Shown here in pieces: positions 37,754-48,370 of a stretch of 64,000 bases of DNA. Numbering within the stretch: the first letter of the stretch is position 1; the number at the start of each line of letters is the position of its first letter. Position numbers and translations under genes: made by a program. This stretch comes from an uncultured Alphaproteobacteria bacterium (GTDB lineage Bacteria; Pseudomonadota; Alphaproteobacteria; Rhizobiales; Xanthobacteraceae), in the NCBI GenBank assembly GCA_963825225.1, contig CAWGSN010000038.1, positions 313,384 through 377,383 on the forward strand, in the 5' to 3' direction. The notes beneath the pieces are model-generated. The model searched no databases. It worked only from the letters and a program-made list of their open reading frames with translations, and was not told the origin of the DNA.

Positions 37754-39124
37754 CTACCGCCGCACCGCGTTGGTGCCGACCACCACCTGCGCATAACGCT
37801 GGGCGCCGTCGGCGGACAGGTCGGTCGTGACGGCGCGGGCGTGATCGAGGCCGACCACGGCGCCGCGCGGGGTTTCCGAAATCATGTTGTTGTTGACGAG
37901 CGCGGTGCCCGCGCCCGGCACCACGGAGACGCCGACGCCGACAAAGGCCTTGCGGATCACGTTGCCGGTGATGACGATATCACGCATATATTTGCCCCAG
38001 CCGGCCACGATCCCGAACGAGGGCGCGTTCTCGATCACATTGCCGGTCACGGAACTGTCCGCCTCGACATAGATGCCGACGCCGGCGTCGTCGTCCGGCA
38101 CGGTGCCGATCGGCCGCTTCGGCAACAGGTTACGGATGATGTTGCCCTGCACGACCGCGATGCGGCCGCCCTCGTTGAAATTGCAGACGGAGACGCCGAC
38201 GGCCGCGCCGTCAACGGTGTTGTTGGCGATCACCGCGCCCTCGAAGGAGAATTCCGAATAGAGTGCGACCTCGCGGACGTCGCTGACGCTGTTACCGGTG
38301 ATCTGGATATTGGACGCCGAATTGCCGCGCACCGCCGAATAATCGCAATTGCGGATGCGATTGCCCCGCACGATCACGTTGCCGGTGCGGAAGGCGTTGA
38401 TGGCGTTGCCGTATTGTCCGGAGCCGCCGGGGCCAGCCTTGATGTCCTCGATGCGGTTATCCGCCACCAGCGTGCCGTCATCGCCGATCGCGGTGCGCAG
38501 GATCTCGATGCCGTTATCGTTGGTTCCGGCAATGGTGTTGCGCGAGACGATCAGGCCCTGCGCATCGAACGACACCACCGCGGTGGTCGCAATCTTCGTG
38601 AAGATATTGCCGCTGATATCGCCGGAGACCTGCTCGAGCCAGATTCCGTTGCCACCGCTGGCGGTGATTTCGCAGTCGGTGATGCGGATATCGCGGCCAC
38701 CGAGGCAATGAACGAGACCGCGCCGCGTCGGCAGCGGGATGCCGCCGCCGTCGAAGGTGATGCCCGACAGACCGATGCCGCCGGCGCCTTCGCTTTGCAG
38801 AATCGATGCACCGCCGTTGAAAACGAACTTGGTCGCACCGCGCACGCCGATCAATTGCGAGCCGCCTTGCAGGCGGAGCAGGCCGGTGCGGTAGATGCCC
38901 GGCGGCAGGGCCAGCGGCACTTGCGCCCGCGCGGCTTCATCGATTGCCCGTTGCAGGGCCTTTGTCTGATCGTCGGGGCTGCCCGGACGGACGCCATATT
39001 GCGTGGCGTCACGCCCGAGCGCCGAGGTGGGCTGCGCGGCGCGTGCGCCGCCCGGCGACATCGCCAGCGCACCGGCAACACCGGCTGCGGAAACGCCCAT
39101 GAAATGGCGGCGTTTGACGTCCAT
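37754..39124 (-). CDS. TIGR03808 family TAT-translocated beta-helix repeat protein
   Basis: KRRHFMG TAT signal; DQTKALQRAID; GGSGQYGNAINAF; parallel beta-helix repeats. Confidence 0.85.
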   Translation of the reverse strand: MDVKRRHFMGVSAAGVAGALAMSPGGARAAQPTSALGRDATQYGVRPGSPDDQTKALQRAIDEAARAQVPLALPPGIYRTGLLRLQGGSQLIGVRGATKFVFNGGASILQSEGAGGIGLSGITFDGGGIPLPTRRGLVHCLGGRDIRITDCEITASGGNGIWLEQVSGDISGNIFTKIATTAVVSFDAQGLIVSRNTIAGTNDNGIEILRTAIGDDGTLVADNRIEDIKAGPGGSGQYGNAINAFRTGNVIVRGNRIRNCDYSAVRGNSASNIQITGNSVSDVREVALYSEFSFEGAVIANNTVDGAAVGVSVCNFNEGGRIAVVQGNIIRNLLPKRPIGTVPDDDAGVGIYVEADSSVTGNVIENAPSFGIVAGWGKYMRDIVITGNVIRKAFVGVGVSVVPGAGTALVNNNMISETPRGAVVGLDHARAVTTDLSADGAQRYAQVVVGTNAVRR

Positions 39125-39242
39125 GATTGAATGATCCTTGCGCCATGCGCGCTTAACGGCATTCGCGCTGCAAAACTAACGCGAAAATGCGGCAGCGCGT
39201 GGTGAACGAGAGGCCGGAAGAGGGCGATTGTTGGGGGTAGGG

Positions 39243-39932
39243 TTAATTAGAGGCTGACGGAATTTGCAGGGAGATCTTGCGCGCGTCGCGAACCGCCTGC
39301 CTTGTCAGGCTAACCAACTCCATCAACATCGCCTCAGCCGCATCGACCAACTCTTCCAGAGTGATGCGAGCAGCGCCTTTGCGCGCCGCCGCGCCATTGC
39401 GTGCCAGCGGGGGAATGTGCACAAACGAAGCCAGGCGGAGATGGTCGTCCGTGCCGGCGGCTTCGATGGCGCGCCAGCTCAGATAATTGCAGAGATAGCT
39501 GCCGGCGTCGCGCGATGGCCGCGCATCTATGCCGGTGCCGAGTGCGGCGCGCAGCAGCCGCAGCGTATGCGGGCCAAACAGCATCGCATCCGGGCCATGC
39601 CCGATCGATCCCTTGCGGACGCGGGTTTGCGCGGCATCAGGCCACAGCAGGGTGACGGCGTTGCGCGCGCGGGTCTCGACGCGGACATGCGCGGTGCGGC
39701 CGGCGAGACCGAACATCAGCAATGCCTGCGGCCGGTGCTTGGCCAGCGCTTGCGGCAATTCGAGGTCGACCGCCTTGTACGTTACGGGAAAGATGTGGCC
39801 GCAAAGCTCGACGTCGGAAAACGCGGGACGGCGCAGCCGCAACAACCGCATCACCAACGCCTGCGTCGGATTGTAGGGCGCACCCGGAAACGGGCCGAAG
39901 CCCGTGATCAGGATGCGAAGCCTGTCATTCAT
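39243..39932 (-). CDS. pcp: Pyroglutamyl-peptidase I (C15)
   Basis: ILITGFGPF.G..NPT, VETRARN, SRDAGSYLCN, FVHIP. Confidence 0.88.
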   Translation of the reverse strand: MNDRLRILITGFGPFPGAPYNPTQALVMRLLRLRRPAFSDVELCGHIFPVTYKAVDLELPQALAKHRPQALLMFGLAGRTAHVRVETRARNAVTLLWPDAAQTRVRKGSIGHGPDAMLFGPHTLRLLRAALGTGIDARPSRDAGSYLCNYLSWRAIEAAGTDDHLRLASFVHIPPLARNGAAARKGAARITLEELVDAAEAMLMELVSLTRQAVRDARKISLQIPSASN

Positions 39933-40918
39933 CGCAGCATCTCCGCGATCTGTTCGGCCGCAACCGCCGGCGTGATACGCCCATCGGCCACCTCGGCCTC
40001 GGTCTTTTTCACTTTGGCGCGGATCGTAGCGTCGGCGCGCAGTCGCGCCATCATCCGCTGTTCCAGCATCGACCACATCCATTTCACCTGCTGTTCGCGC
40101 CGCCGCGCCGCAAACTCGCCGGAGGCATTCATGGCGGTGCGGTGATCCAGCACCTTCTGCCACAGCACATCCATGCCGGTTCCGATCAGCGCCGAATAGG
40201 TCAGCACCGGCGGATGCCAGTGCTCCGAACGTGGGGTGAGGATATGCAGCGCGCCGCGATATTCGGCCGCCGCCAGATTGGCGCGCTTGATATTGTCGCC
40301 GTCGGCCTTGTTGATCGCGATCATGTCGGCGAGTTCGACGAGGCCCTTCTTGATGCCCTGCAATTCGTCCCCGGCGCCGGGCAGCATCAGCGCCAGGAAG
40401 AAATCGGTCATGTCGCAGACCGCAGTCTCGGACTGGCCGATGCCGACCGTTTCTACCAACACCACGTCGAAGCCGGCCGCCTCGCACAGCAGCATCGCCT
40501 CGCGGGTTTTCGCGGCGACGCCACCGAGCGTACCGGACGTAGGCGAGGGCCGGATGAAGGCGTGGTCGGAAGCGGACAACCGCGCCATCCGCGTCTTGTC
40601 GCCGAGAATCGAGCCGCCGGTTCGCGCCGAGGACGGGTCCACCGCCAGCACCGCGACCTTGTGGCCGCGCTCGATCAGGAACATGCCGAGCGCATCGATG
40701 GTGGTGGATTTGCCGACCCCGGGCGAGCCGGTAATGCCGACGCGCACCGCCTTGCCGGTTAAGGGCAGCAGCGCCTGCACCAGATCGCGCGCCGCGGCCT
40801 GGTGATCGGAGCGGCGGCTCTCGATCAGCGTGATCGCGCGCGCCAGCGCCGCGCGGTGGCCGGCACGCAGCTCCCTGGCGAGTTTCTCGATGTCGGGGGA
40901 AGAATTCGGCGAAGGCAT
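39929..40918 (-). CDS. meaB: Methylmalonyl-CoA mutase-associated GTPase MeaB
   Basis: GITGSPGVGKST, AVDPSS..TGGSILGDKTRM, ETVGIGQSE, INKAD. Confidence 0.95.
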   Translation of the reverse strand: MPSPNSSPDIEKLARELRAGHRAALARAITLIESRRSDHQAAARDLVQALLPLTGKAVRVGITGSPGVGKSTTIDALGMFLIERGHKVAVLAVDPSSARTGGSILGDKTRMARLSASDHAFIRPSPTSGTLGGVAAKTREAMLLCEAAGFDVVLVETVGIGQSETAVCDMTDFFLALMLPGAGDELQGIKKGLVELADMIAINKADGDNIKRANLAAAEYRGALHILTPRSEHWHPPVLTYSALIGTGMDVLWQKVLDHRTAMNASGEFAARRREQQVKWMWSMLEQRMMARLRADATIRAKVKKTEAEVADGRITPAVAAEQIAEMLR

Positions 40919-41092
40919 ATCTTGGTTTACAACGGCTGCGCGATTCAGGCGAGGGGCGAGAGGCCCCTTGAATCCCTATCGATTTCGCACCTGCCTAGCC
41001 GCGTGATCGCCCGTCATCCCCCTTCGGCCGCGCGCCGCCGAAGATCTGGACGCCCTCCGGCGTCAGATACGCCTTCAGGCTGCCATCGCATG

Positions 41093-43249
41093 CTACTCCG
41101 CCGCCTCGCTATGGCCGAGCCGGGCATTGAGCTTGTGGATCAGCTCTTCGGCGGCGTCCGAAATCACGGTGCCCGGCGGGAAGATCGCTTCCGCACCGGC
41201 CTTGTACAGCGCATCATAATCCTGCGGCGGCACCACGCCGCCGATAATGATCATGATGTCCTCGCGGCCCTGCTTCTTCAACGCCGCCTTCAACTCCGGC
41301 ACGGCGGTGAGATGGGCCGCCGCCAGCGACGACACCCCGAGGATATGCACGTCGTTTTCCACCGCCTGCCGCGCCGCTTCGTCGGCGGTGGCAAACAGCG
41401 GCCCGATATCGACGTCGAAGCCGACATCGGCAAAGGCCGATGCGATCACCTTCTGGCCGCGGTCGTGACCGTCCTGGCCGATCTTGGCGACCAGGATGCG
41501 CGGGCGGCGGCCCTCGGCCTCCTCGAACGCATCGATCAGCGCCTGCACTTTTTCGACCCGGTTGGACATGGCGGACGCCTCCCGCTTGTAGACGCCGGTG
41601 ATGGATTTGATTTCCGCGCGGTGGCGTCCGAAGACTTTTTCCATCGCGTCCGAAATTTCGCCGACGGTAGCCTTGGCGCGCGCCGCGTCGATCGCGAGTG
41701 CCAGCAGATTGCCGTTGCCTTCGCCGGCGCTGCGCGTCAGCGCCGCGAGCGCCGCGTCGACTTCCTTCTGGTCGCGCTCGGAGCGCAGCCGCTTGAGCTT
41801 GTCGATCTGCAAGCGCCGCACGGTGGAATTCTCCACCTTCAGCACGTCGATGGCGGCCTCATTGACCGGCTTGTACTTGTTGACGCCGATCACCGCCTGC
41901 CTGCCGGCGTCGATCCGCGCCTGCGTCTTGGCCGAGGCTTCCTCGATCCGCAGTTTTGGTACGCCGGCCTCGATCGCCTTGGCCATACCGCCGAGCGCCT
42001 CGACCTCCTGGATATGGCCCCAGGCCTTTGCCGCGAGATCGCGGGTCAGCCGCTCGACATAAAACGAGCCGCCCCAGGGATCGATGATGCGGTTGGTGCC
42101 GCTTTCCTGTTGCAGGAACAATTGCGTGTTGCGGGCGATGCGCGCGGAGAAGTCGGTCGGCAGCGCCAGCGCCTCGTCGAGCGCGTTGGTGTGCAGGGAT
42201 TGGGTGTGGCCTTGCGTCGCCGCCATCGCCTCGATGGTGGTCCGCATCACGTTGTTGAAGACGTCCTGCGCGGTCAGCGACCAGCCCGAGGTCTGGCAAT
42301 GCGTGCGCAGCGAGAGCGAGCGCGGGTCTTTCGGGTTGAACTGCGTCAGCAGCTTGGCCCACAGCAGCCTCGCGGCGCGCATTTTCGCGACTTCCATGAA
42401 GAAGTTCATGCCGATCGCCCAGAAGAACGACAGCCTCGGCGCAAAGCGATCGACATCGAGGCCGGCGGCAAGGCCGGCGCGCAAATATTCGACGCCGTCG
42501 GCCAGCGTATAGGCGAGCTCGAGGTCCTGCGTCGCGCCGGCTTCCTGCATGTGGTAGCCGGAAATGGAAATAGAATTGTATTTCGGCATCCGCTGCGAAG
42601 TGTACGCAAAGATGTCGGAGATGATCCGCATCGAGGGCGCCGGCGGATAGATATAGGTGTTGCGCACCATGAACTCTTTCAGAATGTCGTTCTGAATGGT
42701 GCCCGACAATTTCTCCGGCGGCACGCCCTGTTCTTCGGCCGCCGCCACGAACAGCGCGAGGATCGGCAGCACCGCGCCGTTCATGGTCATCGACACGCTC
42801 ATCTGGTCGAGCGGAATCCCTGCAAAAAGCGTGCGCATGTCGTAGATCGAGTTGATCGCCACGCCGGCCATACCGACGTCGCCGGATACGCGGGGATGAT
42901 CGCTGTCGTAGCCCCGGTGCGTCGCTAGATCGAAGGCGACCGAAAGGCCTTTCTGCCCCGCCGCGAGGTTACGGCGATAGAACGCGTTGGAATCTTCCGC
43001 CGTAGAGAAGCCAGCATATTGCCGGATGGTCCAGGGCTGGTTGACATACATGGTCGGGTAGGGGCCGCGCAGGTAGGGCGCAATCCCGGGCCAGGTCTCG
43101 AGGAAGTCGATGCCTTCGAGATCGGCCTCGCTGTAGACGGATTTGACCGGAATGCCCTCGGGCGTCAGCCACGGCTCGGCGCTGCTCACGATCCCGGCAG
43201 GGGCGGCCTTTTCAAAAGCGATATTTTCAAAGTTCGGTATGCGGCTCAT
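41093..43249 (-). CDS. scpA: Methylmalonyl-CoA mutase, catalytic subunit
   Basis: [32 protein letters not shown]12-binding motif, SSLAAAH. Confidence 0.96.
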   Translation of the reverse strand: MSRIPNFENIAFEKAAPAGIVSSAEPWLTPEGIPVKSVYSEADLEGIDFLETWPGIAPYLRGPYPTMYVNQPWTIRQYAGFSTAEDSNAFYRRNLAAGQKGLSVAFDLATHRGYDSDHPRVSGDVGMAGVAINSIYDMRTLFAGIPLDQMSVSMTMNGAVLPILALFVAAAEEQGVPPEKLSGTIQNDILKEFMVRNTYIYPPAPSMRIISDIFAYTSQRMPKYNSISISGYHMQEAGATQDLELAYTLADGVEYLRAGLAAGLDVDRFAPRLSFFWAIGMNFFMEVAKMRAARLLWAKLLTQFNPKDPRSLSLRTHCQTSGWSLTAQDVFNNVMRTTIEAMAATQGHTQSLHTNALDEALALPTDFSARIARNTQLFLQQESGTNRIIDPWGGSFYVERLTRDLAAKAWGHIQEVEALGGMAKAIEAGVPKLRIEEASAKTQARIDAGRQAVIGVNKYKPVNEAAIDVLKVENSTVRRLQIDKLKRLRSERDQKEVDAALAALTRSAGEGNGNLLALAIDAARAKATVGEISDAMEKVFGRHRAEIKSITGVYKREASAMSNRVEKVQALIDAFEEAEGRRPRILVAKIGQDGHDRGQKVIASAFADVGFDVDIGPLFATADEAARQAVENDVHILGVSSLAAAHLTAVPELKAALKKQGREDIMIIIGGVVPPQDYDALYKAGAEAIFPPGTVISDAAEELIHKLNARLGHSEAAE

Positions 43250-43293
43250 GGGTTACCAATATAGCACATGTGTTGTCCGGGGGACGCCACCCC

Positions 43294-43758
43294 TCAATCA
43301 TGGTCCGGGTGCTGGTGGCTGACGATGGTGCCGAGCTTCTCCGGGCCGTAATTCTGCAGCGTGGTCTGGCTCGGCAGGTTGGCGATCGCCACCACCCAGC
43401 CGAGCCGGGATTCGGTTCCATATTGCCGGGTCGGCACCACCCGGTCGGGGCGGTCGAACGCGCCGGTCATGATCTCGATCCGGGGTCCGCCGATGCGGCG
43501 GAAGCTCAAGGGAGTGCCGCAGGCTGCGCAAAAATCACGCTCGGCGATGGAGGAGGATTTGAACGCCGCCGGCTTGCCTCGGGTCCAGCTAAAGTCCGCA
43601 TGCTCGATATCGGCGAAGGAGGCGAATGGCGCGCCTGACGCCTTCTGGCACATCCGGCAATGGCAGATGCTGATCCTGGCCGGTGCGCCCGACACCGCAA
43701 AGCGAACCGCGCCGCATTGGCAGCCGCCGGTCAAAACAAATTTGCTCTCCGCCGTCAT
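43294..43758 (-). CDS. GFA family (CENP-V-like) Zn protein
   Basis: GGCQCGAVRF, CHCRMCQK, FCAACGTPL. Confidence 0.88.
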   Translation of the reverse strand: MTAESKFVLTGGCQCGAVRFAVSGAPARISICHCRMCQKASGAPFASFADIEHADFSWTRGKPAAFKSSSIAERDFCAACGTPLSFRRIGGPRIEIMTGAFDRPDRVVPTRQYGTESRLGWVVAIANLPSQTTLQNYGPEKLGTIVSHQHPDHD

Positions 43759-43760
43759 GC

Positions 43761-45626
43761 TCACTCCATCCGCCGCCAGGCGTCCTGCAACATTGCCAGC
43801 GCATCGCCGCCGGCAAAGATGAAATCGCCGATGCCGGCGGCGCGCAGGGCCGTTTCCTGCGCGCCAGGCTGGCCTGCCAGATAGATATGTCTTGTGCCGG
43901 CGGCTTGAAGGGCCTTGGCGGCGGCCACGGCGTGCCCGGCATAGACCTTGTCGGAAGAACAAAGGCACGCCACGCCTGCGCCGGACGCCTTGAACGCGGC
44001 GGCAAGCGCCGCCGCATCGATAAACCCTTGCGTGTCGATCGCTTCGATGCCGCCGGTCTCAAAAAAACTCTTGGCAAAGGTGGCGCGCGCCGTGAAATCG
44101 GCGGGTGTGCCGAGATTGGCGAGGAAAATCTTTGGCCTCGCACCGGTGGTTTTCAGCCGTTCGTCCGATTTGTCCCGCAACGCTTCGAACGGCGCCGCGA
44201 GCCGCATCGGTGGCAGCGGATCGAACTTGAATTTGGCTTCGCCATAGGGCGCGAGCGCAATCGCTTTCGCATCCAGCACCGCGACGTCAGCCTCGTGCAG
44301 GTTCGGGAATTCGCTGGCGCCGGTCAGAACGTCGCGCCGCTTGGCAATGTTCGCTTCGCGCATGGTCCGGGTCGCAGTGACCTTGCGCTGGATCAGGTTC
44401 TGCTCGAGCGAGGCGAACAGGCCGCCGGCCTTTTCAATTTCCTGGAACAGCGACCATGCCGCTTCGCAAAGCTGCTTTGTGAGTTTTTCGATGCCGCCGG
44501 AGCCGGCCGCGGGATCGGACACCTTTGCGAGGTTGGATTCTTCCAGCAGCACCAGTTGTGTGTTGCGCGCGACGCGGCGGGCAAACGGATCAGGTAATCC
44601 CTTGGCCAGCGTATGCGGCAGCACGGTGACGGCGTTGGCGCCGCCGAGGCCGGCAGAGAAGGTCGCCATCGTCGCCCGCAACATGTTCACATATGGATCG
44701 CGCTGCGTCAGCATGCGCCAGGCGGTATCGGCCGCGACGAACAACGGTTTGGGCGTGAGGCCGCAGGCTTGTTCGATCCGTGCCCACAACAGCCGCAGCG
44801 CGCGGAATTTCGACAGCGTCAGGAATTGATCCGCATCGGCGGACAGCCGCGCGTAAACAATACCTTGCGCATCCTCGAGCGGCATGCCGGCCGCTTCGAT
44901 CGCCCGCAAATAAGCAACGCCCGCGGCCAGCACAAACGCCAGCTCCTGGACTTCCGATCCGCCGGCATCGTGGATCACCCGTCCGTCGGCCGCAGCCAGT
45001 GGCCCCTTGAAGCCGAGCGTGGCGAGGCCCTTGATGGCGCTGGTGACCGCGGGCACGATTTCGGACCAGCTATAGGGACTGGATCCCCACACCGCGCAGG
45101 CGCCGAGCGGGTCGAGACCGAAGCGGATATCGCAGGCCGCAGAATCGATCCCCCTGCGCTGGATATATTCGGCGACGTGGATCGCCGCCATCCGCGACTG
45201 GGGACCGATCTGAAGTTCAATGCCGATGCCGGCATCGAGATAGATGCCGTCGAGGATTTGGGCTACGGCCTCCGCCGACGGCTCCAGCCCGAAGCCGTAA
45301 GCACCATTGGCGCCGGCAAACACGAGTGTAAGGCCGGTCGCGCCATTTTCGAGATCGTGCAGCGCCTGCGCGTTGGCCTGCCTGGCGTCGGGATGATCGG
45401 CCCGCTGCATGATCTGCCAGGGCGCGGCGGCGGGCCGGCCTGCGACGGGTGCGGCACCTTGCGCGCGGGGGTAGATCGGATCGATCTTCAATCCATCTGA
45501 TGTCCTGCTGACGAGTTTCTCGAAGGGCGCGCCTTTCAGTACCCCGTCGACCAGCTTGCGCCAGTCGTCGTACGTCGCCGGGGCAAAATCCGCCGCCAAT
45601 CGAAGCTCGTCAGTGGTCGTCGTCAT
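43761..45626 (-). CDS. Methylmalonyl-CoA mutase small (beta) subunit family protein
   Basis: DPYVNMLR, ARNTQLVLLEES, DPAAGS, RLAAPFEALR, CLCSSD; lacks DxHxxG. Confidence 0.9.
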   Translation of the reverse strand: MTTTTDELRLAADFAPATYDDWRKLVDGVLKGAPFEKLVSRTSDGLKIDPIYPRAQGAAPVAGRPAAAPWQIMQRADHPDARQANAQALHDLENGATGLTLVFAGANGAYGFGLEPSAEAVAQILDGIYLDAGIGIELQIGPQSRMAAIHVAEYIQRRGIDSAACDIRFGLDPLGACAVWGSSPYSWSEIVPAVTSAIKGLATLGFKGPLAAADGRVIHDAGGSEVQELAFVLAAGVAYLRAIEAAGMPLEDAQGIVYARLSADADQFLTLSKFRALRLLWARIEQACGLTPKPLFVAADTAWRMLTQRDPYVNMLRATMATFSAGLGGANAVTVLPHTLAKGLPDPFARRVARNTQLVLLEESNLAKVSDPAAGSGGIEKLTKQLCEAAWSLFQEIEKAGGLFASLEQNLIQRKVTATRTMREANIAKRRDVLTGASEFPNLHEADVAVLDAKAIALAPYGEAKFKFDPLPPMRLAAPFEALRDKSDERLKTTGARPKIFLANLGTPADFTARATFAKSFFETGGIEAIDTQGFIDAAALAAAFKASGAGVACLCSSDKVYAGHAVAAAKALQAAGTRHIYLAGQPGAQETALRAAGIGDFIFAGGDALAMLQDAWRRME

Positions 45627-45723
45627 CAGGATGGTCGTTCCCTGGTCGCCGCTTGATTTGGCCGGAAATTGCCACGGGGCGGCCGCCATGCCAAACGGTT
45701 GTTTTCGGGTCCCCAAGGGCTAG

Positions 45724-46221
45724 TCAAGGCTGGCCGAGGTCGGGTAACCGTTGGATACCATCGGTCGAAAGCCCTGCGAGCGCGTCCTTCACGCAGCGTC
45801 CCGCAATGACACGGTCGGGCACAATCTCCGCGAGCGGCACCAATACGAAGGCGCGTTCGAACAGCCGGGGATGCGGCAGCGTCAGCTCGGGCTTGTCGAT
45901 TTTGACGTCGTCATAGGCGATCAGATCGAGGTCGAGGGTGCGTGGCCCCCAGTGCTGCTCTGCGGCGCGGTCGCGGCCGAATTTCTTCTCGATCCTGTGC
46001 AACGTGAACAGCAGCGCATGGGGATCGAGGCTGGTTTCGATTTCGATACAGGCATTGACGAAAGGCGCCTGCGCTTCGTTGCCCCAGGGCGGCGTGGCGT
46101 AGTCCGACGACCGCGCCAATAGTGCTGCCTGCGTCATGCCGCAGATGTTGGAGATGGCCTTCTGGAATGTCGCGCGAACGTCGCCGACATTGCCGCCGAG
46201 CGCGATCAGCACGTCCGCCAT
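45724..46221 (-). CDS. folK: 2-amino-4-hydroxy-6-hydroxymethyldihydropteridine diphosphokinase
   Basis: IALGGNVG, WGPRTLDLDL, LTLPHPRLFERAFVL. Confidence 0.95.
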   Translation of the reverse strand: MADVLIALGGNVGDVRATFQKAISNICGMTQAALLARSSDYATPPWGNEAQAPFVNACIEIETSLDPHALLFTLHRIEKKFGRDRAAEQHWGPRTLDLDLIAYDDVKIDKPELTLPHPRLFERAFVLVPLAEIVPDRVIAGRCVKDALAGLSTDGIQRLPDLGQP

Positions 46222-46222
46222 G

Positions 46223-46594
46223 TCAGGGCGATTGCCGGGCGCGTATCAGCACCACGCCGACGTCCTCGAAAATCGCGGCGATCGGCGCGTGCGGCTTGTG
46301 CACGGTGATCTTGACCGCGCTGGTGCGCGGGAACGCCGCCAGGATGGCATCGGCCACCGCGCCGGCCGCGCGCTCCAGCAGCTTGTAATTGGTGTTCTTG
46401 AAGGCCGCAGTGGCGGTCGCGACCACGTTGGAATAAGACACGGTATCGGCCAGGCGGTCGGTGTGCGAGGATTCCGACAGGTCGACCGAGAGTTCGAGAT
46501 CGATCACGAAGCGCTGGCCTACTTCGGTCTCGTGTTCCATCACGCCGTGGCGGGCATGGATGACGACGCCGGTGATGAAGATCGTATCGGTCAT
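46223..46594 (-). CDS. folB: Dihydroneopterin aldolase
   Basis: HGVMEHE..VGQRF, DTVSY, KLLE, KPHAPI. Confidence 0.95.
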   Translation of the reverse strand: MTDTIFITGVVIHARHGVMEHETEVGQRFVIDLELSVDLSESSHTDRLADTVSYSNVVATATAAFKNTNYKLLERAAGAVADAILAAFPRTSAVKITVHKPHAPIAAIFEDVGVVLIRARQSP

Positions 46595-47448
46595 TCCTGC
46601 TCCCTGATCGCGGCTGCGACGCGCAGCGCCTGGACGGTTTCCGCCACATCGTGGGCGCGGATGATCCGTGCCCCGCCATCGGCTGCAATGAGGTGGGCGG
46701 CAATCGAGCCGCCAAGGCGCTGATGCGGTACTGAGGGCGTCACCATGCCGATGAAGCGCTTGCGCGAGGCGCCGACCAGGAGCGGCAGCCCGAACGATTG
46801 CAGTTCATCGAGCCGCGCCAGCGCAATCATGCTTTGTTTCGGCGTCTTGCCGAAGCCGATACCGGGGTCGAGCACGATATTGCGAAGCGAAACCCCGGCC
46901 TTCGCGGCGATGTCGAGCGAACGGGCAAAGAAGGCCGCGATATCCTTCATGATGTCGATGCTGGCGTCGGCGCTGTCGCGGTTATGCATGATGATAACGG
47001 GCACATTGCGCTCGGCGATCAGGCCAGCCATGTCGCCATCGCGCTGCAGGCCCCAGACGTCGTTGGCGATCGCAGCGCCATGATCCAGCGCCCAGGCGAC
47101 GACGGCCGATTTCATGCTGTCGATCGAGACGGGAACGCCGAGCGCCACCACATCCGGCAGCACGGGCTGCAACCGTTTCAGCTCTTCGTCCGCCGAGATC
47201 GGCTCCGATCCATAGGGTCGGGTGGATTCCGCGCCGATGTCGATGATATCGGCGCCTTCGGCGACCATGCGCCGGGCCTGCGCCAGCGCGCGTTCGGGTG
47301 CTATGAACTGTCCGCCGTCGGAGAATGAATCAGGCGTCACGTTCAGGACGCCCATCACGGCCGGATAGGGCCTCGACAGCAGCGCCGGCAGGTCGATTTG
47401 ACCGGCCGGGCCGGTCCCTGTGGCGAGTCTGGACATGGTTGCGATCAT
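46591..47448 (-). CDS. folP: Dihydropteroate synthase
   Basis: MGVLNVTPDSFSDGG, GAESTRP, LDPGIGFGKT, GASRKRF, RAHDV; start may be 47436. Confidence 0.95.
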   Translation of the reverse strand: MIATMSRLATGTGPAGQIDLPALLSRPYPAVMGVLNVTPDSFSDGGQFIAPERALAQARRMVAEGADIIDIGAESTRPYGSEPISADEELKRLQPVLPDVVALGVPVSIDSMKSAVVAWALDHGAAIANDVWGLQRDGDMAGLIAERNVPVIIMHNRDSADASIDIMKDIAAFFARSLDIAAKAGVSLRNIVLDPGIGFGKTPKQSMIALARLDELQSFGLPLLVGASRKRFIGMVTPSVPHQRLGGSIAAHLIAADGGARIIRAHDVAETVQALRVAAAIREQE

Positions 47449-47533
47449 GCGGTCGCTTTGCGCGGTCCACGTGAGCGAGTCAAGGCACGGGAGCCGGTTG
47501 ATGCGGGCCTGGCCGGGCCAACTTTTAAGCGAA

Positions 47534-47941
47534 CTAGTAGCTGATTTTCGGCTGCAGCTTGCGCGCCTGGGCGATCAGTTGCTCGACCGACTTCTCAGAC
47601 GGCATGACGCGGACGAGTTTACGCTTGGTATTCACGTCTTTCATGTTCTGGGCGAGCCGAGCCGGGTTGCGCAGCGCAAGTTCACGAACCGTCGGCACGC
47701 CGGCAGCCCGCACCAGTCCGACCTTTGCCTTGCCCATCCCGGGAATCCGCATGTAGTCGGAGAAATTGGCCCATTCGAGCAGCTGCTGTTCGCTGATCCC
47801 GGTCTTCGCCGCGAGCGCCTTGCGTCCTTTGACAGTGCGGGCAGCTTCCAGCAGCGCTTCGGTGGTGCGAATGCCAAGCGATTTCAGCTTCGAGGCGGAG
47901 TAGGCCGTCAGGCCTTCGATCTGGGAGAGGGGGTATGTCAT
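47534..47941 (-). CDS. DUF4332 domain (HhH-like) protein
   Basis: LKSLGIRTTEALL, LLEWAN..DYMRIPGMG, AAGVPTVRELA.RNP. Confidence 0.8.
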   Translation of the reverse strand: MTYPLSQIEGLTAYSASKLKSLGIRTTEALLEAARTVKGRKALAAKTGISEQQLLEWANFSDYMRIPGMGKAKVGLVRAAGVPTVRELALRNPARLAQNMKDVNTKRKLVRVMPSEKSVEQLIAQARKLQPKISY

Positions 47942-47986
47942 GACACTCGATGGAAAAGAATGTGCGCAGGCCGTAGGGGAGGCGTT

Positions 47987-48370
47987 TCAACCGAACTGAC
48001 TGAGCCCCGGCGTCCCCGAGATGATCTCGCCCATTTTATCCGCTCCGATTTTGTCGCGGCCGAACCGGAAAAGTTCACGCGCCACGCTCTGAATTCCGTT
48101 CATGCCCAAACCAAGCGCCATCAGCTTGGTGCCGAGCGCCATCAAACCACCGCCCATCAACAAACCACCGCCCATCAACCTGGAGAGGCCGCCATTGCTG
48201 CTTGAGGCCGCGATCGCAGCTTCCGCACCCGGTATTTGGTCGATCTGAGCCTGAACCATGTCGGAAGGCCCCTCGTTACGGAGAAAACCCGGAACGATGC
48301 CGATGTTTTTTTCAGCGACAACGCTATCGATGCCGGCCTTGGAGGCCAGCCATCCAATCAATTCGTCCAT
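47987..48370 (-). CDS. Small conserved hypothetical protein (DUF2267-like)
   Basis: MDELI...IPGAEAAI...GADKMGEIISGTPGLSQF; internal LMGGG duplication. Confidence 0.7.
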   Translation of the reverse strand: MDELIGWLASKAGIDSVVAEKNIGIVPGFLRNEGPSDMVQAQIDQIPGAEAAIAASSSNGGLSRLMGGGLLMGGGLMALGTKLMALGLGMNGIQSVARELFRFGRDKIGADKMGEIISGTPGLSQFG

